Below are positions 1 to 10,702 of a DNA stretch of 64,000 nucleotides, one piece after another. This DNA is from Candidatus Poseidoniaceae archaeon (GTDB taxonomy: Archaea > Thermoplasmatota > Poseidoniia > Poseidoniales > Poseidoniaceae), in the NCBI GenBank assembly GCA_028353405.1, contig JAOMOG010000005.1, positions 13,763 to 77,762 on the forward strand, read 5' to 3'. Every line of letters starts with the position of its first letter. The stretch's first letter is position 1. The notes below the pieces were generated by a model. That model was not told the DNA's origin, searched no databases, and saw only the letters and a list, made by a program, of their open reading frames with translations. Position numbers and translations under genes: made by a program.

Positions 1-259
1 TCTCGCAAGGGCCTAAGCAGAATGCCCTCAAATATTGAATAATATTTCACAGCGTTTCTTGTGGGTTGATACAGGCAACCGACATATCATTCCCATGAAA
101 TCGCAAGGGTTCTTGCAAACCCCTCAAGAGATTATAGAGGAATACAATGGGTGTTCAGTCCCTCAGTACACTGGCTACCCTTTGATTCCAGAACATAAAG
201 GAGAATATCGCTGCTGTGGTTTGCGTAACTTAATGAACAATATTGTTCAAGCGAGAGAT

Positions 260-1090
260 ATGGATGTGATGACCCTAGCCCTCGTTCTCGGCTTGGTCTT
301 CGTGACCAGTTTGCTATTCGCCCCTCTTGGCTTGGGCGGAGGTTTGCTGTTCGTTCCAATTTTGCACTATGTTGGAGGATGGGAGATTGATGGGGGTTTG
401 TTAATGGTTTCATTAGCTCTAACCACGGTTGTATCCTATGGGTCGGGTTTGGCTCATCGGCAAGAAGGACATTGGTCTGCTGATGCCCGTAATAGTGCTC
501 TGCAAGGAGCTATTCCGGGCGTATTAATTGGTGTGTTGATAGTTGTTTTATTAGGAGATAAAATGGATTTAACATTCAAAGTGGTCGCTGCTTTGATGAT
601 TTCATGGTCAATTCAAAAAACTTGGGTTAAGATCAAGGGTGATGCTGCGGTTAATTCAGAAGAGTTTGTTGAGGGTAAGATTGAGGGTGTTCCTCTTGCA
701 ATCGGCTCGGGCATTGGTGGTATTCTTTCGTCGGTTTTGGGTATTGGAGCCGGGATAATATATATTCCATTATTGCGCCAATATACGACTCTAAAGGCGC
801 GTGCTGCTATCGGAACGTCGTTTGGAATTATGATGGTAGTTGTTCCTGTTGCCGTCATCACTCACAGTTTTGCATTGTCGGCAGATCAGTTGGCATTTTT
901 AGCCGATGAAAAGATCTTACTATTCGGACCTAGTGCAATCATAGCAACCTTCTTTGGCGCCCGGATTGGCGCTAAGATCGGACTAAAATATTTGCCGACA
1001 AAGGCGGTAATGGGCGTTTTCTTTAGTTTGTTAATTATCGTTTTAATTCGCTATATCCTAGATTTACTTACGAAATTTAATTTGCTTTGA
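260..1090 (+). CDS. TauE/SafE-family anion exporter-like membrane protein
   Basis: Multi-TM, Gly-rich hydrophobic ORF (LGLGGGLLFVPIL..., IGAGIIYIPLL...) typical of TauE/SafE permeases. I moved the start to ATG 260 (MDVMTLALVLG...). The first 75 codons of ORF 35..1090 are not membrane-like. Confidence 0.55.
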   Translation: MDVMTLALVLGLVFVTSLLFAPLGLGGGLLFVPILHYVGGWEIDGGLLMVSLALTTVVSYGSGLAHRQEGHWSADARNSALQGAIPGVLIGVLIVVLLGDKMDLTFKVVAALMISWSIQKTWVKIKGDAAVNSEEFVEGKIEGVPLAIGSGIGGILSSVLGIGAGIIYIPLLRQYTTLKARAAIGTSFGIMMVVVPVAVITHSFALSADQLAFLADEKILLFGPSAIIATFFGARIGAKIGLKYLPTKAVMGVFFSLLIIVLIRYILDLLTKFNLL

Positions 1091-1112
1091 ATTAACAAAT
1101 TGTCAATTAGGA

Positions 1113-1532
1113 GTGGTTGGTGGCCAAACTATGGATGAACAACAAAGGCCATTGTTGACTTTGTGTAAATCATCAATAATAGATGGTGTTCCTGAAGATC
1201 TAAATGAAAAGTCTCTAGCATTAATGGAAACATTAAGCAGTTTATGTTCGTTCCACACCGCTGCTGATTTAGCTGGATTCTTATTTTCCGAGATGTTCGA
1301 CTCCTTGATTGGTAATAATCAGCCATGGATTGTTTTTGAGTTGGGCATTTTTAGAGACCACAAAAAAATGATTGAATTGATCGCTGTTAAGGGCAATATT
1401 ACTCTTGCAGATTCTCAGTCCTCTGGAGTTTTTGAGAATGATGTTATTGTCTGTAATACTTCTGCTGAAGCAGAAATTGCCATAATGCGTTGGCATGATT
1501 TTGTTTATGATGATAGTGGTCGTTTTCAATAA
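1113..1532 (+). CDS. hypothetical protein
   Basis: 139-aa ORF with no motif I recognise. An ATG at 1131 is an alternative start. Its 3' end overlaps the convergent gene 1526..2335 by 7 nt. Confidence 0.3.
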   Translation: MVGGQTMDEQQRPLLTLCKSSIIDGVPEDLNEKSLALMETLSSLCSFHTAADLAGFLFSEMFDSLIGNNQPWIVFELGIFRDHKKMIELIAVKGNITLADSQSSGVFENDVIVCNTSAEAEIAIMRWHDFVYDDSGRFQ

Positions 1533-2335
1533 AATATTGAAAGACAGGTTAGTGAACCATCGGCTGCTTTAATTTGACTCATGTCTATTACTATTGGCTC
1601 AAGCCCCAAGCCTTCTAGTTCTGTGAGAACTGTTGGATATCCTTCAGCGACGAGCACTTTGCCATTTTCTAAACCGATGGTGTTGCAGCCATAGACTTCT
1701 TCTTCAGGCATCCATCGGATTTCGCAACCTTCTGGTAATTGTCCAAAATCTTGTTCGGTAAGATAGCCCTCGGAAGTAAAAATAATTTTATCGGTTGGAG
1801 TTGAAGACACGCTGGTCAGGTGTAGTGCTTGGGGTGGCATGTTGATTACTCTTAGTTCATAGCCAAGGCCTTCAACTAATTCCCTCAACACCGCTATTCC
1901 AGCATCGTTTGTTCTGCTAGAACGACCAACGAAAAATAAGTCTCCGAGACGGAGTATATCTCCTCCATCCATTTTACAATTTGAATTCATATGTTGTATT
2001 TTATCAGAACCATATTGCTGAGTCAAAAATTCTGCTATCGGTGGTTGTTCAGCAACTCTTGAGGGGTGGCCCGGGATTGGAAGTAGTACACGACCATCGA
2101 TGATAATGGCTTGATCTTCAACGAATAAGCAATCGGGATGGTTGTTGTCTGTCTCCAAAATAATTACTTCCAGGCCTGCGTCTTCGAGGGCTTGGCAATA
2201 GACTGAGTGCTGCTTTCTTGCAAGGGGCAAATCGGTTGGACCTGTTCCAAAATAATTGGCTAAGGCATCGGAATAAGTATCCGGAATTGCGCGGGCTAAG
2301 ACCCTGCGCTTCTGACCCAAATGGACAGTTGCCAT
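1526..2335 (-). CDS. amidinotransferase-superfamily enzyme (dimethylarginine dimethylaminohydrolase / arginine deiminase-like)
   Basis: 269 aa. The C-terminal ADGSLTCLSI motif contains the catalytic-Cys context of the DDAH/ADI fold. Overall length fits DDAH. Confidence 0.6.
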   Translation of the reverse strand: MATVHLGQKRRVLARAIPDTYSDALANYFGTGPTDLPLARKQHSVYCQALEDAGLEVIILETDNNHPDCLFVEDQAIIIDGRVLLPIPGHPSRVAEQPPIAEFLTQQYGSDKIQHMNSNCKMDGGDILRLGDLFFVGRSSRTNDAGIAVLRELVEGLGYELRVINMPPQALHLTSVSSTPTDKIIFTSEGYLTEQDFGQLPEGCEIRWMPEEEVYGCNTIGLENGKVLVAEGYPTVLTELEGLGLEPIVIDMSQIKAADGSLTCLSIFY

Positions 2336-2480
2336 GTGTAAACCGGATTATCAACCCCCCTTAACGCTTCGCCTTTTATTGGAAGTTCGTTTCCGGTGAC
2401 TGGAAAGATGAACTCTCATGGGATGGGGCTTTCTAACTTGTAACCGTTGGGTTCAACAATACCTTGCAAGTGGGGCGAAT

Positions 2481-4103
2481 ATGCGCTCAACTTATACGCG
2501 TGCCGGAATGTTGGTTTTCCTCATGTTTTCGGCATCTTTTGCTGGTTGTTTCGGAGAAAACGAGGATTTATCTCTTCCTGATTCTGAGAGACTTTCTATT
2601 GAAGTTGAGGGCGGCTCAACAAATAATACCATGGTCATTCCGGGAGGGGAGTGGGTTTCTACAACGTTCAAAGCTGATGTCGACATGAGCGTCTTCATCC
2701 CTTACTTTCTTCAAGATCCTGGTTCACTTCGGGCCCAAAATGGTACTGTTATAGACTTACGAAGTGGGGAAGAGGTTACTCTAAAATTACTATTCCCTCC
2801 TAGAAATGATGACATTGTTTTGTTGATGGGTAAGTATGGTCGTGAAAATTGGCCGATTCGCGCCGCTGATGAATCGTGGATGATGTGGCACGAAGATATG
2901 AGTAGTGGTTCAGCGGTGATGTCTTCTGTAAACGAAGACGGAGGAGGGCTTCTTCCGTGGATTATTCCTGCTAACGACACTGGTGGAGATGTTGTTGTGA
3001 AACACTTGAATACTGTTCGAGACCAACGTGATGACTTGTCTGAGGAAAATGGAGTCGGAGCAAGTGGAGGATGGCTCAACGGACGAGATGTCTATGAATG
3101 GGTTGATTTCATCACCGATGAAACTCCAGACCCCACTGATCTTGCTGATGGCGCAGTTGGCTATTTAGACCGGTGGATTGGTAATGGTAATCCTGCATAT
3201 GAAGATGCTATTACCTACTTTGAAGGTGTTATGATTGGGTATGGTTTAGATGTTGAAGTTCATCGTTTCCAAAGTGGAACTTTGTGGGCTGTAAATATTT
3301 GTGGCTACAAAACCGGTACTGTTTATCCAGATGAATGGTTGGTCTTTGGTGCGCACTTTGACATTGCACCTTATGCATCTCCAATTGGGATTATCCCTGG
3401 AACTGATGAACAAGGATACGGAACAAGAACTGGAGCTTATGACAACACAGCAGGAACTTCAATGGTATTAACCACAGCAAGCGTTCTTGCGGATTTTGAT
3501 GCACGACGGACAATGGTGTTCTGTTTGTGGTCTTCAGAAGAAGAAGGTCTTTGGGGATCTGGCGCTTTTGCCGGAGACATCCCTGACGGCGTGACAGTAA
3601 GCAATTACCTCAACCTCGATATGGCGGGCATCAATTACCCTGGTGATTTTGCACTCTCTGTTTACCTCGGACCTGACGGCAGTGGTGACGTTATTGACCA
3701 ACCAGGCATGTATCATTTAGCGGAATGGATTGGCGCTGATGCGTTTGACCTTTCTTATCAGATTGAAAATGGACGTAATGAATGGGAAGCTGCTGGTGAA
3801 AGTCCTTTGTGGCAGAATAATTATCAAGATACTGTGGCTATTTATGAAAGTCCAACTGCTCGTAGTGACCATGATTCATTCCAGCAGATTGGTGTAGCTA
3901 CGCTTGGTTGGAATGGAGTCGTTGATGGCTATCCTTGCTATCACAAGACTTGTGATAAATTAACAACGATGGAGGAATACATGGTCACCGATAATGCAAC
4001 CGGTGAATCGAATTTGGTTCACTCTTGGGACATTGTTACCTGGTGGGCTGTTTACGCATTCTTACACATGGACCAAACACCAGTTCCAAATGAATTGTTG
4101 TGA
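2481..4103 (+). CDS. M28-family metallo-aminopeptidase, predicted lipoprotein
   Basis: Signal peptide with lipobox-like SASFAGC. M28 metal-ligand contexts: GAHFD, GAYDNTAGTSMVL, WSSEEEGLWGS, NLDMAG, ARSDHDSF. Start chosen at MRSTYTRAG. Confidence 0.7.
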   Translation: MRSTYTRAGMLVFLMFSASFAGCFGENEDLSLPDSERLSIEVEGGSTNNTMVIPGGEWVSTTFKADVDMSVFIPYFLQDPGSLRAQNGTVIDLRSGEEVTLKLLFPPRNDDIVLLMGKYGRENWPIRAADESWMMWHEDMSSGSAVMSSVNEDGGGLLPWIIPANDTGGDVVVKHLNTVRDQRDDLSEENGVGASGGWLNGRDVYEWVDFITDETPDPTDLADGAVGYLDRWIGNGNPAYEDAITYFEGVMIGYGLDVEVHRFQSGTLWAVNICGYKTGTVYPDEWLVFGAHFDIAPYASPIGIIPGTDEQGYGTRTGAYDNTAGTSMVLTTASVLADFDARRTMVFCLWSSEEEGLWGSGAFAGDIPDGVTVSNYLNLDMAGINYPGDFALSVYLGPDGSGDVIDQPGMYHLAEWIGADAFDLSYQIENGRNEWEAAGESPLWQNNYQDTVAIYESPTARSDHDSFQQIGVATLGWNGVVDGYPCYHKTCDKLTTMEEYMVTDNATGESNLVHSWDIVTWWAVYAFLHMDQTPVPNELL

Positions 4104-4455
4104 TTTCCCTCGCAAACTATCCTTCGATAACAGGGCATTTTTGATCTGCTTCCTCATAGACCACTGCCTTAGCCCAAAGGTAATTTGTCCGCTTTGGGAT
4201 AGTCTTCGATTTCTTTGCTAACTTCTTTCTTTTGTTACAAAGTACTAATTCGTGCACGATTGTTTCTACCATTATGGCCATTTTACTCAGTTATTAGTTG
4301 GTCTTGAACCCTTATCAAACCTTTGCTAGTTTGACAATTATTCCCCGTTTTGTGTAAATTGGTTTCCTTTTTACACCGCCTTAGCGCCACATTTTACTGT
4401 TGTTGATGATACTAAGTAGGCGCAGACTTGAGAAGGGGGGCGCTCACGCAACATC

Positions 4456-6186
4456 ATGCTCGGCACGAAACATATGCGCGCTTTGCTATTGGTGGGCATC
4501 ATGTGTTTGGCCCCATTATCTGGTTGCTTTGGCGAAGAGGATGGGCGTGGTCCACCTGGAATGAATGACGTTGTCATCACTCCAGAAGTTCTGACCGGTG
4601 GTGTATTTCAAGGAATGACTATTTCTGCTGAAGAGGATGTTTCTGTATTCATTCCTTATTTGATTAAAGACACTTCATCAGGGTTTGTATTCAATTCTAC
4701 TGTGGTCGATTTACGCCAGGGTGATTCGGTTCAACTGAATGTTTTAGCGCCGCCAAGAGCTGATTCGGCATTCATCTTTATTGGTGAATTTGGTAGGGAT
4801 AATTGGCCTATTAGAGAAATTAATGAATCTTGGGCAACTTGGATTGCTGAAGATGGGCATCTTAGTGCAGACCGTGGTGCTGTGATGAGTATTGGTAGTG
4901 AAAATATTACATTCAATAGTAGCCAAGAAACAGGAGGTGCTGTCGCCTATTATCCACTCACTGTAGCAAGAGAAATCGCTCCGGGGTATTCAGAAGAAGA
5001 GGGTGGCCGTCATTCTACTGGTGTAGTTAATGGCCGGACAACTTACAATTTTCTAAGTCATCTTACCGACCAAACCCCAGACCCTTCTGATTTGTCGGAT
5101 GGTGCTGTTGGTTATCTAGACAGGTGGGCGGGTCAAGGAAATGGTGCTTACGAAGCTGGTGCGGTTTACTTACAAGATCAATTAGAATCGTTTGGTTTGG
5201 ATGTTGTTACTCAGCGTTATGCATTCACCGATATATTCGAAAATCAAAATCCAGAAGCATACAATATCTGTGGATTTAGATATGGTAGTGAATTCCCTGA
5301 TGAGTGGATGGTGTTTGGCGCTCACTTTGACGTCGCCCCTCCTGCTAACGCACTACTGCTAGACCCTCACGTCACCGGTGTGCGAACATATGGAACGCGT
5401 GTTGGCGCATATGACAACACCGCTGGCACCAGTATGGTATTGACCGTCGCTGAAGCGATGGCGAATTACGAGACGCGTAGAACAATGGTATTCTGCCTAT
5501 GGTCTGGAGAAGAGGGTGGCAAGAGAGGTAGTGATTATTGGACTGATTATTATGTTAAGGAAGATAATCCAGATGTCGTTGTTACAAATTATGTCAATCT
5601 CGATATGGCTGGAGTAAACTGGCCTGGTGGCGGTGGTGCACCGCACTCAGATCCCAATCCTACTGTTGACCCAGATGGTTATCCAAAGGATGAGGAAGTT
5701 TGGCCAATGCGAGTCTATATTGGACCTTCTGATGACCATACGCAACTAATGCAACCTGAGATGGTTGGCCTTGCTATGTGGATTGGTTCTGATGCTATTG
5801 GTGTTGAACAACAGCAATCTGTGCTAGTAGGTACTGGTTTTGAAGCAGACACTTGGAAGGTTGATGATTGGTTGGCAAGAGATCGACCTGAGATAATTGT
5901 CTATGAAGATTCTACTGCACGAAGTGACCATGCATCATTCCAGGATAATCTACAAACTGTTACTATGGGGTTCGGTGGATTGGTCGATGGTTATTGGTGC
6001 TATCATCAAACATGTGATACTTTGGATGAGATGGAGCAATGGATGGACACCACTGACAAAGGATATGGTGAAGACAATAGTGGTGTATCAAATTTGGTGG
6101 ACAGTCTTGACATTATTGTATGGTGGGCAACATACTCTTTCTTCCACCTAGATCAAGACCCTGTGGTCAATTCTTATTTGCTTTAG
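4456..6186 (+). CDS. M28-family metallo-aminopeptidase, predicted lipoprotein (tandem paralogue)
   Basis: Lipobox-like APLSGC. Same motif set as 2481..4103: GAHFD, GAYDNTAGTSMVL, WSGEEGGKRGS, NLDMAG, ARSDHASF. Alternative start at 4474. Confidence 0.7.
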   Translation: MLGTKHMRALLLVGIMCLAPLSGCFGEEDGRGPPGMNDVVITPEVLTGGVFQGMTISAEEDVSVFIPYLIKDTSSGFVFNSTVVDLRQGDSVQLNVLAPPRADSAFIFIGEFGRDNWPIREINESWATWIAEDGHLSADRGAVMSIGSENITFNSSQETGGAVAYYPLTVAREIAPGYSEEEGGRHSTGVVNGRTTYNFLSHLTDQTPDPSDLSDGAVGYLDRWAGQGNGAYEAGAVYLQDQLESFGLDVVTQRYAFTDIFENQNPEAYNICGFRYGSEFPDEWMVFGAHFDVAPPANALLLDPHVTGVRTYGTRVGAYDNTAGTSMVLTVAEAMANYETRRTMVFCLWSGEEGGKRGSDYWTDYYVKEDNPDVVVTNYVNLDMAGVNWPGGGGAPHSDPNPTVDPDGYPKDEEVWPMRVYIGPSDDHTQLMQPEMVGLAMWIGSDAIGVEQQQSVLVGTGFEADTWKVDDWLARDRPEIIVYEDSTARSDHASFQDNLQTVTMGFGGLVDGYWCYHQTCDTLDEMEQWMDTTDKGYGEDNSGVSNLVDSLDIIVWWATYSFFHLDQDPVVNSYLL

Positions 6187-7151
6187 AAGTAAGCTGCAAT
6201 GTTTTGCAATAATGGTTTAGGCCCCCAAAAACCCATGAACCAGCCTACCACTGGTATTGCAAAAATCGCTAATACAAAATAGAATACTTGTTCGTTCCAA
6301 TCCTTTACTTTCAATCCGTCAAGAGGGCCCCATGGAATCATATTGAACAGCCCTAGTAACAAGTTTGCCGCTAGCCAAAAATAGCCAATATCAAAAATCA
6401 TCGCTTGCCAATTCAATGAACCATTAACCAAGTACGAATAATCCTTTAATTCTGCTGAACCAGTTAACCCTATTACCGCACCCCAAAGTGGAACTCCGAT
6501 GATAAATAGAGATAGATTGACTAGAGGTCCTGCAACTGCAATGTGACCATTTTGTCTTCTTGTAACTAAACCAGCAACCATAACTGCGCCAGGCGCCATA
6601 AATACAATTCCAAGAAGTGCTGCCACTAAAACGCCGTTTCTCAAACCTCTTGGATCTGCCCTAAACTCTGCCCAGCAACCATTCTTTTTAGCTACTATTT
6701 TGTGACCTATTTCGTGTAGTAAGAAAGCCGGTCCTATCGCCAAGAACATTACGGGCATAGCGAGTAATAATCCTATAATCCATAGAGTCATTCCAGTTTG
6801 AGAAATAGAAAAGATTCCGCCAACTCTCATGAAGCCTAATGCTAGAGTGAAGGCGCCCATTGCAAATGCTAAATGGCTTCTTTCTGTTTTACTAAAGTGC
6901 CAAATCCTGCCATCGTGCATAGTTGCAGGTTTCTGCTGAATGCCACTCAGTAATTGATTCAACATTCCACCTATGTTTCCAGAATTGGTATCGAAATGAA
7001 TTGTTCCATCATTTCCTTGACGTTGATGGATACGGTGGATTCTGGCTTTCTGTGGACGAGAAAATGGGTCGTCGTCGACCAGATTTGCTCGGTCGTCTCG
7101 TGTGCCCATATCTCCGAAGTGTCGCCGCTGTGCTTTGAAGCCTCTCATCAT
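6183..7151 (-). CDS. M50-family site-2 protease-like membrane metalloprotease
   Basis: HEIGHKIVAKK (HExxH) lies inside a TM segment. A downstream NMIPWGPLDG resembles the LDG third-ligand motif. Multi-TM. Confidence 0.7.
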   Translation of the reverse strand: MMRGFKAQRRHFGDMGTRDDRANLVDDDPFSRPQKARIHRIHQRQGNDGTIHFDTNSGNIGGMLNQLLSGIQQKPATMHDGRIWHFSKTERSHLAFAMGAFTLALGFMRVGGIFSISQTGMTLWIIGLLLAMPVMFLAIGPAFLLHEIGHKIVAKKNGCWAEFRADPRGLRNGVLVAALLGIVFMAPGAVMVAGLVTRRQNGHIAVAGPLVNLSLFIIGVPLWGAVIGLTGSAELKDYSYLVNGSLNWQAMIFDIGYFWLAANLLLGLFNMIPWGPLDGLKVKDWNEQVFYFVLAIFAIPVVGWFMGFWGPKPLLQNIAAYF

Positions 7152-7195
7152 AGGGTTGATGGGTGATTAGTGACTCGCTGACTTGAGGAGTAGCA

Positions 7196-7906
7196 ATGTC
7201 AATGCCAAGACGTGCCATGAAGGAATTGGGCCTTCAAGCCTGTTGTCTTCGTTGCGATGAGGCAGATGTGGCCGGTTCGCAACGCTGCAAGGGGTGTATT
7301 TCCCACCACCGTAATGTACGAGAATTAATTTCTGCATCTGCTATTGAAGATGAATTATTTCAGTTTGCAAAGGAATTGGTGGCGATGGCGGCTTCACCAC
7401 ATAGACACGATCATGATGAGATTCATGGTGGAGTGTTACTTGAGCAGCAACGTCTTGCTGCAGCACTAATAACAGCAACACCGTTACCAACTTCCGAGGA
7501 AGTGGGAGATGTTTTTGCTTCTCAGAGAAATAGTGAGAAGGCAAATATTATTCGTGACGTTGCCAATCAAAATCCTTGGAAGGACACCGCCCCTGAAGTT
7601 GATGTTGCAACCCAAATCGGCCAAGAGGCTTGGAGTGATGCTGAGGCTGAGGCCAGTATCGCACATCATGGAGCGAGAACGATTCCTAGTAAGCCAATTG
7701 CTAAAGTCGATAGAAGTGATAGAGTTGGGGAAGACTTGGAACTGTCAGATCGCATTCATGCAGCCGCAGATGCTCAAAAGGTGCCAAAGGAATTGGCTGA
7801 TGATGTTGAAGCCCTTGGTTTTGAAGCACGACAGCGCGCTAGAAAGGATTTGAAGGATGTTATTTCAAATTTGGATGAAATCTTAGATGATGATTTAGAT
7901 TTATAA
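7196..7906 (+). CDS. hypothetical acidic protein with N-terminal Cys4 zinc-ribbon
   Basis: CCLRCDE...CKGC at the N-terminus. The remainder is acidic and ends in LDEILDDDLDL. No family recognised. Confidence 0.4.
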   Translation: MSMPRRAMKELGLQACCLRCDEADVAGSQRCKGCISHHRNVRELISASAIEDELFQFAKELVAMAASPHRHDHDEIHGGVLLEQQRLAAALITATPLPTSEEVGDVFASQRNSEKANIIRDVANQNPWKDTAPEVDVATQIGQEAWSDAEAEASIAHHGARTIPSKPIAKVDRSDRVGEDLELSDRIHAAADAQKVPKELADDVEALGFEARQRARKDLKDVISNLDEILDDDLDL

Positions 7907-8011
7907 TCTGTTTTATTGTATATTGTTTAATTGTTTATCAAAAAGAATTAATATTATTTGTTTTTTGAAAAGTTAAAGCCTTTAATTGGGTTGTGTAAAC
8001 TCTCCTTAAAA

Positions 8012-8788
8012 TTAAATGATTTTGTTATTGGGTTCAAAGGAAATTTCTCCTTTGTGAAGTGTATATGATATCCGCTGTGTGCCCTTTCCTTTGGATTTCT
8101 TACCAATAATTTCTATATGGCCAATCTCACCTAGTTGCTTGACATGTGTCCCAGCACATGGGCACAAATCAAGAGAATCACCGATTTTTACAACTCTTAA
8201 ATTATTGATAGAAGCAGGTAATAAATCCATGTTTGTTCGCTCTGGCGGCATTAGAGCATTAATTTCTGATCGTGTCATTTCTTCATCACTAACTGTGTGA
8301 TTTTCGTCGATTAAATCGTTGGTTAATTGGGTGAGTTGTTGTAACATTTCTTCATCGAATTTAATTGGGTTAAAATCAATTCTTGACCTTTCGGTATGAA
8401 TTTGATTACCTACTGTTCTAGCTGCATTAAAATTATCATATACAACTCCGCTAACCAAATGTTGGGCTGTATGCATGCGCATGTGTTCATATCTTCTGTG
8501 CCAGTCTATTTTACCTGTGATTTCGTCACCGACTTCCAATTGGTGGCCTTTTTCCAAATGGTGGTAAATATCATCGCGACCTCTTACTTCACTAACCGGT
8601 AGTGTCCCATTTGGACCATCCAGTGTTCCTGTATCCCAATTTTGTCCACCACCAAGTGGATAGAATAACGTTCTATCGAGAACTACTTTATCTTCTTCTG
8701 CAATGGTGACCTGGGCTGCAAAATTGGTTAAATATCCCGCTTCTATGTCCTCAAGGAATAGTTTCTCACTGCCCATGGTTTTATCCAA
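8012..8788 (-). CDS. alaX: AlaX-type alanyl-tRNA editing protein
   Basis: HTAQHL (HxxxH) and CPCAGTH (CxxxH), the zinc motifs of the AlaRS/ThrRS second additional (editing) domain. The ~258 aa size fits AlaX-M. Confidence 0.75.
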   Translation of the reverse strand: MDKTMGSEKLFLEDIEAGYLTNFAAQVTIAEEDKVVLDRTLFYPLGGGQNWDTGTLDGPNGTLPVSEVRGRDDIYHHLEKGHQLEVGDEITGKIDWHRRYEHMRMHTAQHLVSGVVYDNFNAARTVGNQIHTERSRIDFNPIKFDEEMLQQLTQLTNDLIDENHTVSDEEMTRSEINALMPPERTNMDLLPASINNLRVVKIGDSLDLCPCAGTHVKQLGEIGHIEIIGKKSKGKGTQRISYTLHKGEISFEPNNKII

Positions 8789-8818
8789 ACAGTGATAATT
8801 GAAGATGTTTTTTCTCTA

Positions 8819-9892
8819 TCAATGTGAAAGATCTTCAACTAGATTGGCATTGCCTTCGATGGTAGTATCAATCACAATGGATGGTGTTTTCCATGCATTT
8901 TTCAGAGCTACTGTTGAAGACCAGAGTGCGGGAATAAAGCCTACTTCTTCATATTCCCATCCACGTTCTTCCGCATACTGTTTGACCATTGGTGCTGCTT
9001 TTGGTAAGTTAAAATGTGATAATGCAGGGAGGAGATGGTGTTCGATTTGATAATCTAAACCAACGAAAAAGAAAGAGCCAATTCGTCCGAATTTTATACG
9101 CCGAGCAGTTTCTATTTGTAGTCGCCAGTTCTTATCATACTCAACTACAATCGGTCTTCCGGCGTGACCAACCAGGAAAACACCAGTTAGTATTGTTCCC
9201 ACTAAAGCCCACAGCAATACGTAGAATCCGACTACGGTTTGCCAAGGCATTCCAAGTTGAACTGGTAGAATTAGCCATAAGTAAAAGTGGAGCAAAACAA
9301 GGCCAGAGTCTGCCAGCCAAATCTTAGAAAACCTGTGGTTCTTTTTAGAAACAAATGGATGGCTAATAAGATACCAAATTCCATCCCAGCGGAGTAAATG
9401 TCCAACTAGGAGAGAGATTGGCCAAAATATCCATGCTTGTATATATCTTTGGAATATTTTTCTAATCGGGCCACTAGAATCATATTCTTCCTTGGTAAAG
9501 GTAAGCGGCCATGCATAAATATCTGGATCTTTGTCAATTACATTTGGATGGGCGTGGTGCTTGATGTTGTGCTTTACACGCCAATATTCCATCGACATAC
9601 CAGAGAATAGAGGGAATGCTAATCCAGCAAGACTTAGGTTGCCCCATTTGGAATTACAAGCTGAGGAATGTACTCCTTCGTGTGCAGTCATAGCCAATGT
9701 TGTAGCGAATAATGCTGTAATTGGTAAAATAATTAATCCTTGAATCAATGTAATTTGAGTATGGGTGTAAATTAGTCCACCCACTATTATGAAAAGAAAA
9801 ATTACTTTTGACCATGATTTACCTGCTGGCTTTGCAAGCAATCCTGCTGCATGAAGTTTGCGACGGAGGTCTGCCATTGGGTGTTCGGCCAT
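8819..9892 (-). CDS. membrane fatty-acid desaturase family protein
   Basis: Three His boxes (HEGVHS, HNIKHH, QIEHHL) with intervening TM segments. Confidence 0.7.
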   Translation of the reverse strand: MAEHPMADLRRKLHAAGLLAKPAGKSWSKVIFLFIIVGGLIYTHTQITLIQGLIILPITALFATTLAMTAHEGVHSSACNSKWGNLSLAGLAFPLFSGMSMEYWRVKHNIKHHAHPNVIDKDPDIYAWPLTFTKEEYDSSGPIRKIFQRYIQAWIFWPISLLVGHLLRWDGIWYLISHPFVSKKNHRFSKIWLADSGLVLLHFYLWLILPVQLGMPWQTVVGFYVLLWALVGTILTGVFLVGHAGRPIVVEYDKNWRLQIETARRIKFGRIGSFFFVGLDYQIEHHLLPALSHFNLPKAAPMVKQYAEERGWEYEEVGFIPALWSSTVALKNAWKTPSIVIDTTIEGNANLVEDLSH

Positions 9893-9979
9893 CTGAAATC
9901 AACTCAGTGGGGAGAATCCTCACTGCTTTGGCCCAAACCATGGGGGTTTTCAACATAGTGGGGGGTTAGTGTAGTAAAA

Positions 9980-10702
9980 TCAGTGATTGAGTGACTCAAA
10001 TAAAGACTCAGCATGGGTGATGCTGTTGTCAATGCTCATGTCTTTGAGGGCTCTTGGTGTTGCGTTTTGCATAATTTCAATCCAACCGTTTTTTGGCATC
10101 CATACTGGTTTTTCATCATACCAAAATTCACACAAACCATCATCGCGTATTAATTGAAGTGTTGGCTCTACTGTTGTATTTGGTCGTTGTTGGGAAAGAG
10201 CAAGTCCACCCCAATGATGGAAACGTTGTTTAGGGTTTGTTTGATCTTTAAATTCCATCACAGAGTGTTGTAGTTTTCCTGGTGCTTGTGCTGTATATTC
10301 TGTTAAATCAAACATTTTGTCACAAGTTATTATCCCATCTCCATTATTATTTCCTCCGATAGTAGAGATTTTTGTTTGGGATGATGATTGTTCAACACTA
10401 GTAACTCTACATCTTAACAAAACCTGAACACCTAGTTGAGCTGCCTTTATTGTTAAAATTTTGAATAACCATTCTCCGCGTAGGGCAAATCCATTTGAGT
10501 TTTGTAATATTTTTAAGTGGTTTATTTCGCCCTCTCCCAAATATTTCTGTAAACTTTCACGCCGCTCTACCCATCCTGGAATTACACAGGGAAAACCAAT
10601 TTCAGGATGAATGTCAATAAGTGTAACATTGTGTTCTTTGGCACAAAGAATAGATAAGATCAATCCTTCAATACTACCGCCGATAATCACTATATCAGAC
10701 AT
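9980..10702 (-). CDS. FAD/NAD(P)-binding flavoprotein (short)
   Basis: N-terminal Rossmann dinucleotide motif IVIIGGSIEGLILS. 240 aa. Overlaps the upstream ferredoxin gene by 8 nt. Confidence 0.5.
   Translation of the reverse strand: MSDIVIIGGSIEGLILSILCAKEHNVTLIDIHPEIGFPCVIPGWVERRESLQKYLGEGEINHLKILQNSNGFALRGEWLFKILTIKAAQLGVQVLLRCRVTSVEQSSSQTKISTIGGNNNGDGIITCDKMFDLTEYTAQAPGKLQHSVMEFKDQTNPKQRFHHWGGLALSQQRPNTTVEPTLQLIRDDGLCEFWYDEKPVWMPKNGWIEIMQNATPRALKDMSIDNSITHAESLFESLNH

Noticed and set aside
35-259. N-terminal 75 codons of ORF 35..1090
   Set aside because: This stretch is hydrophilic and Cys/Pro-containing, unlike the TauE permease body. An internal ATG at 260 gives a family-typical length.
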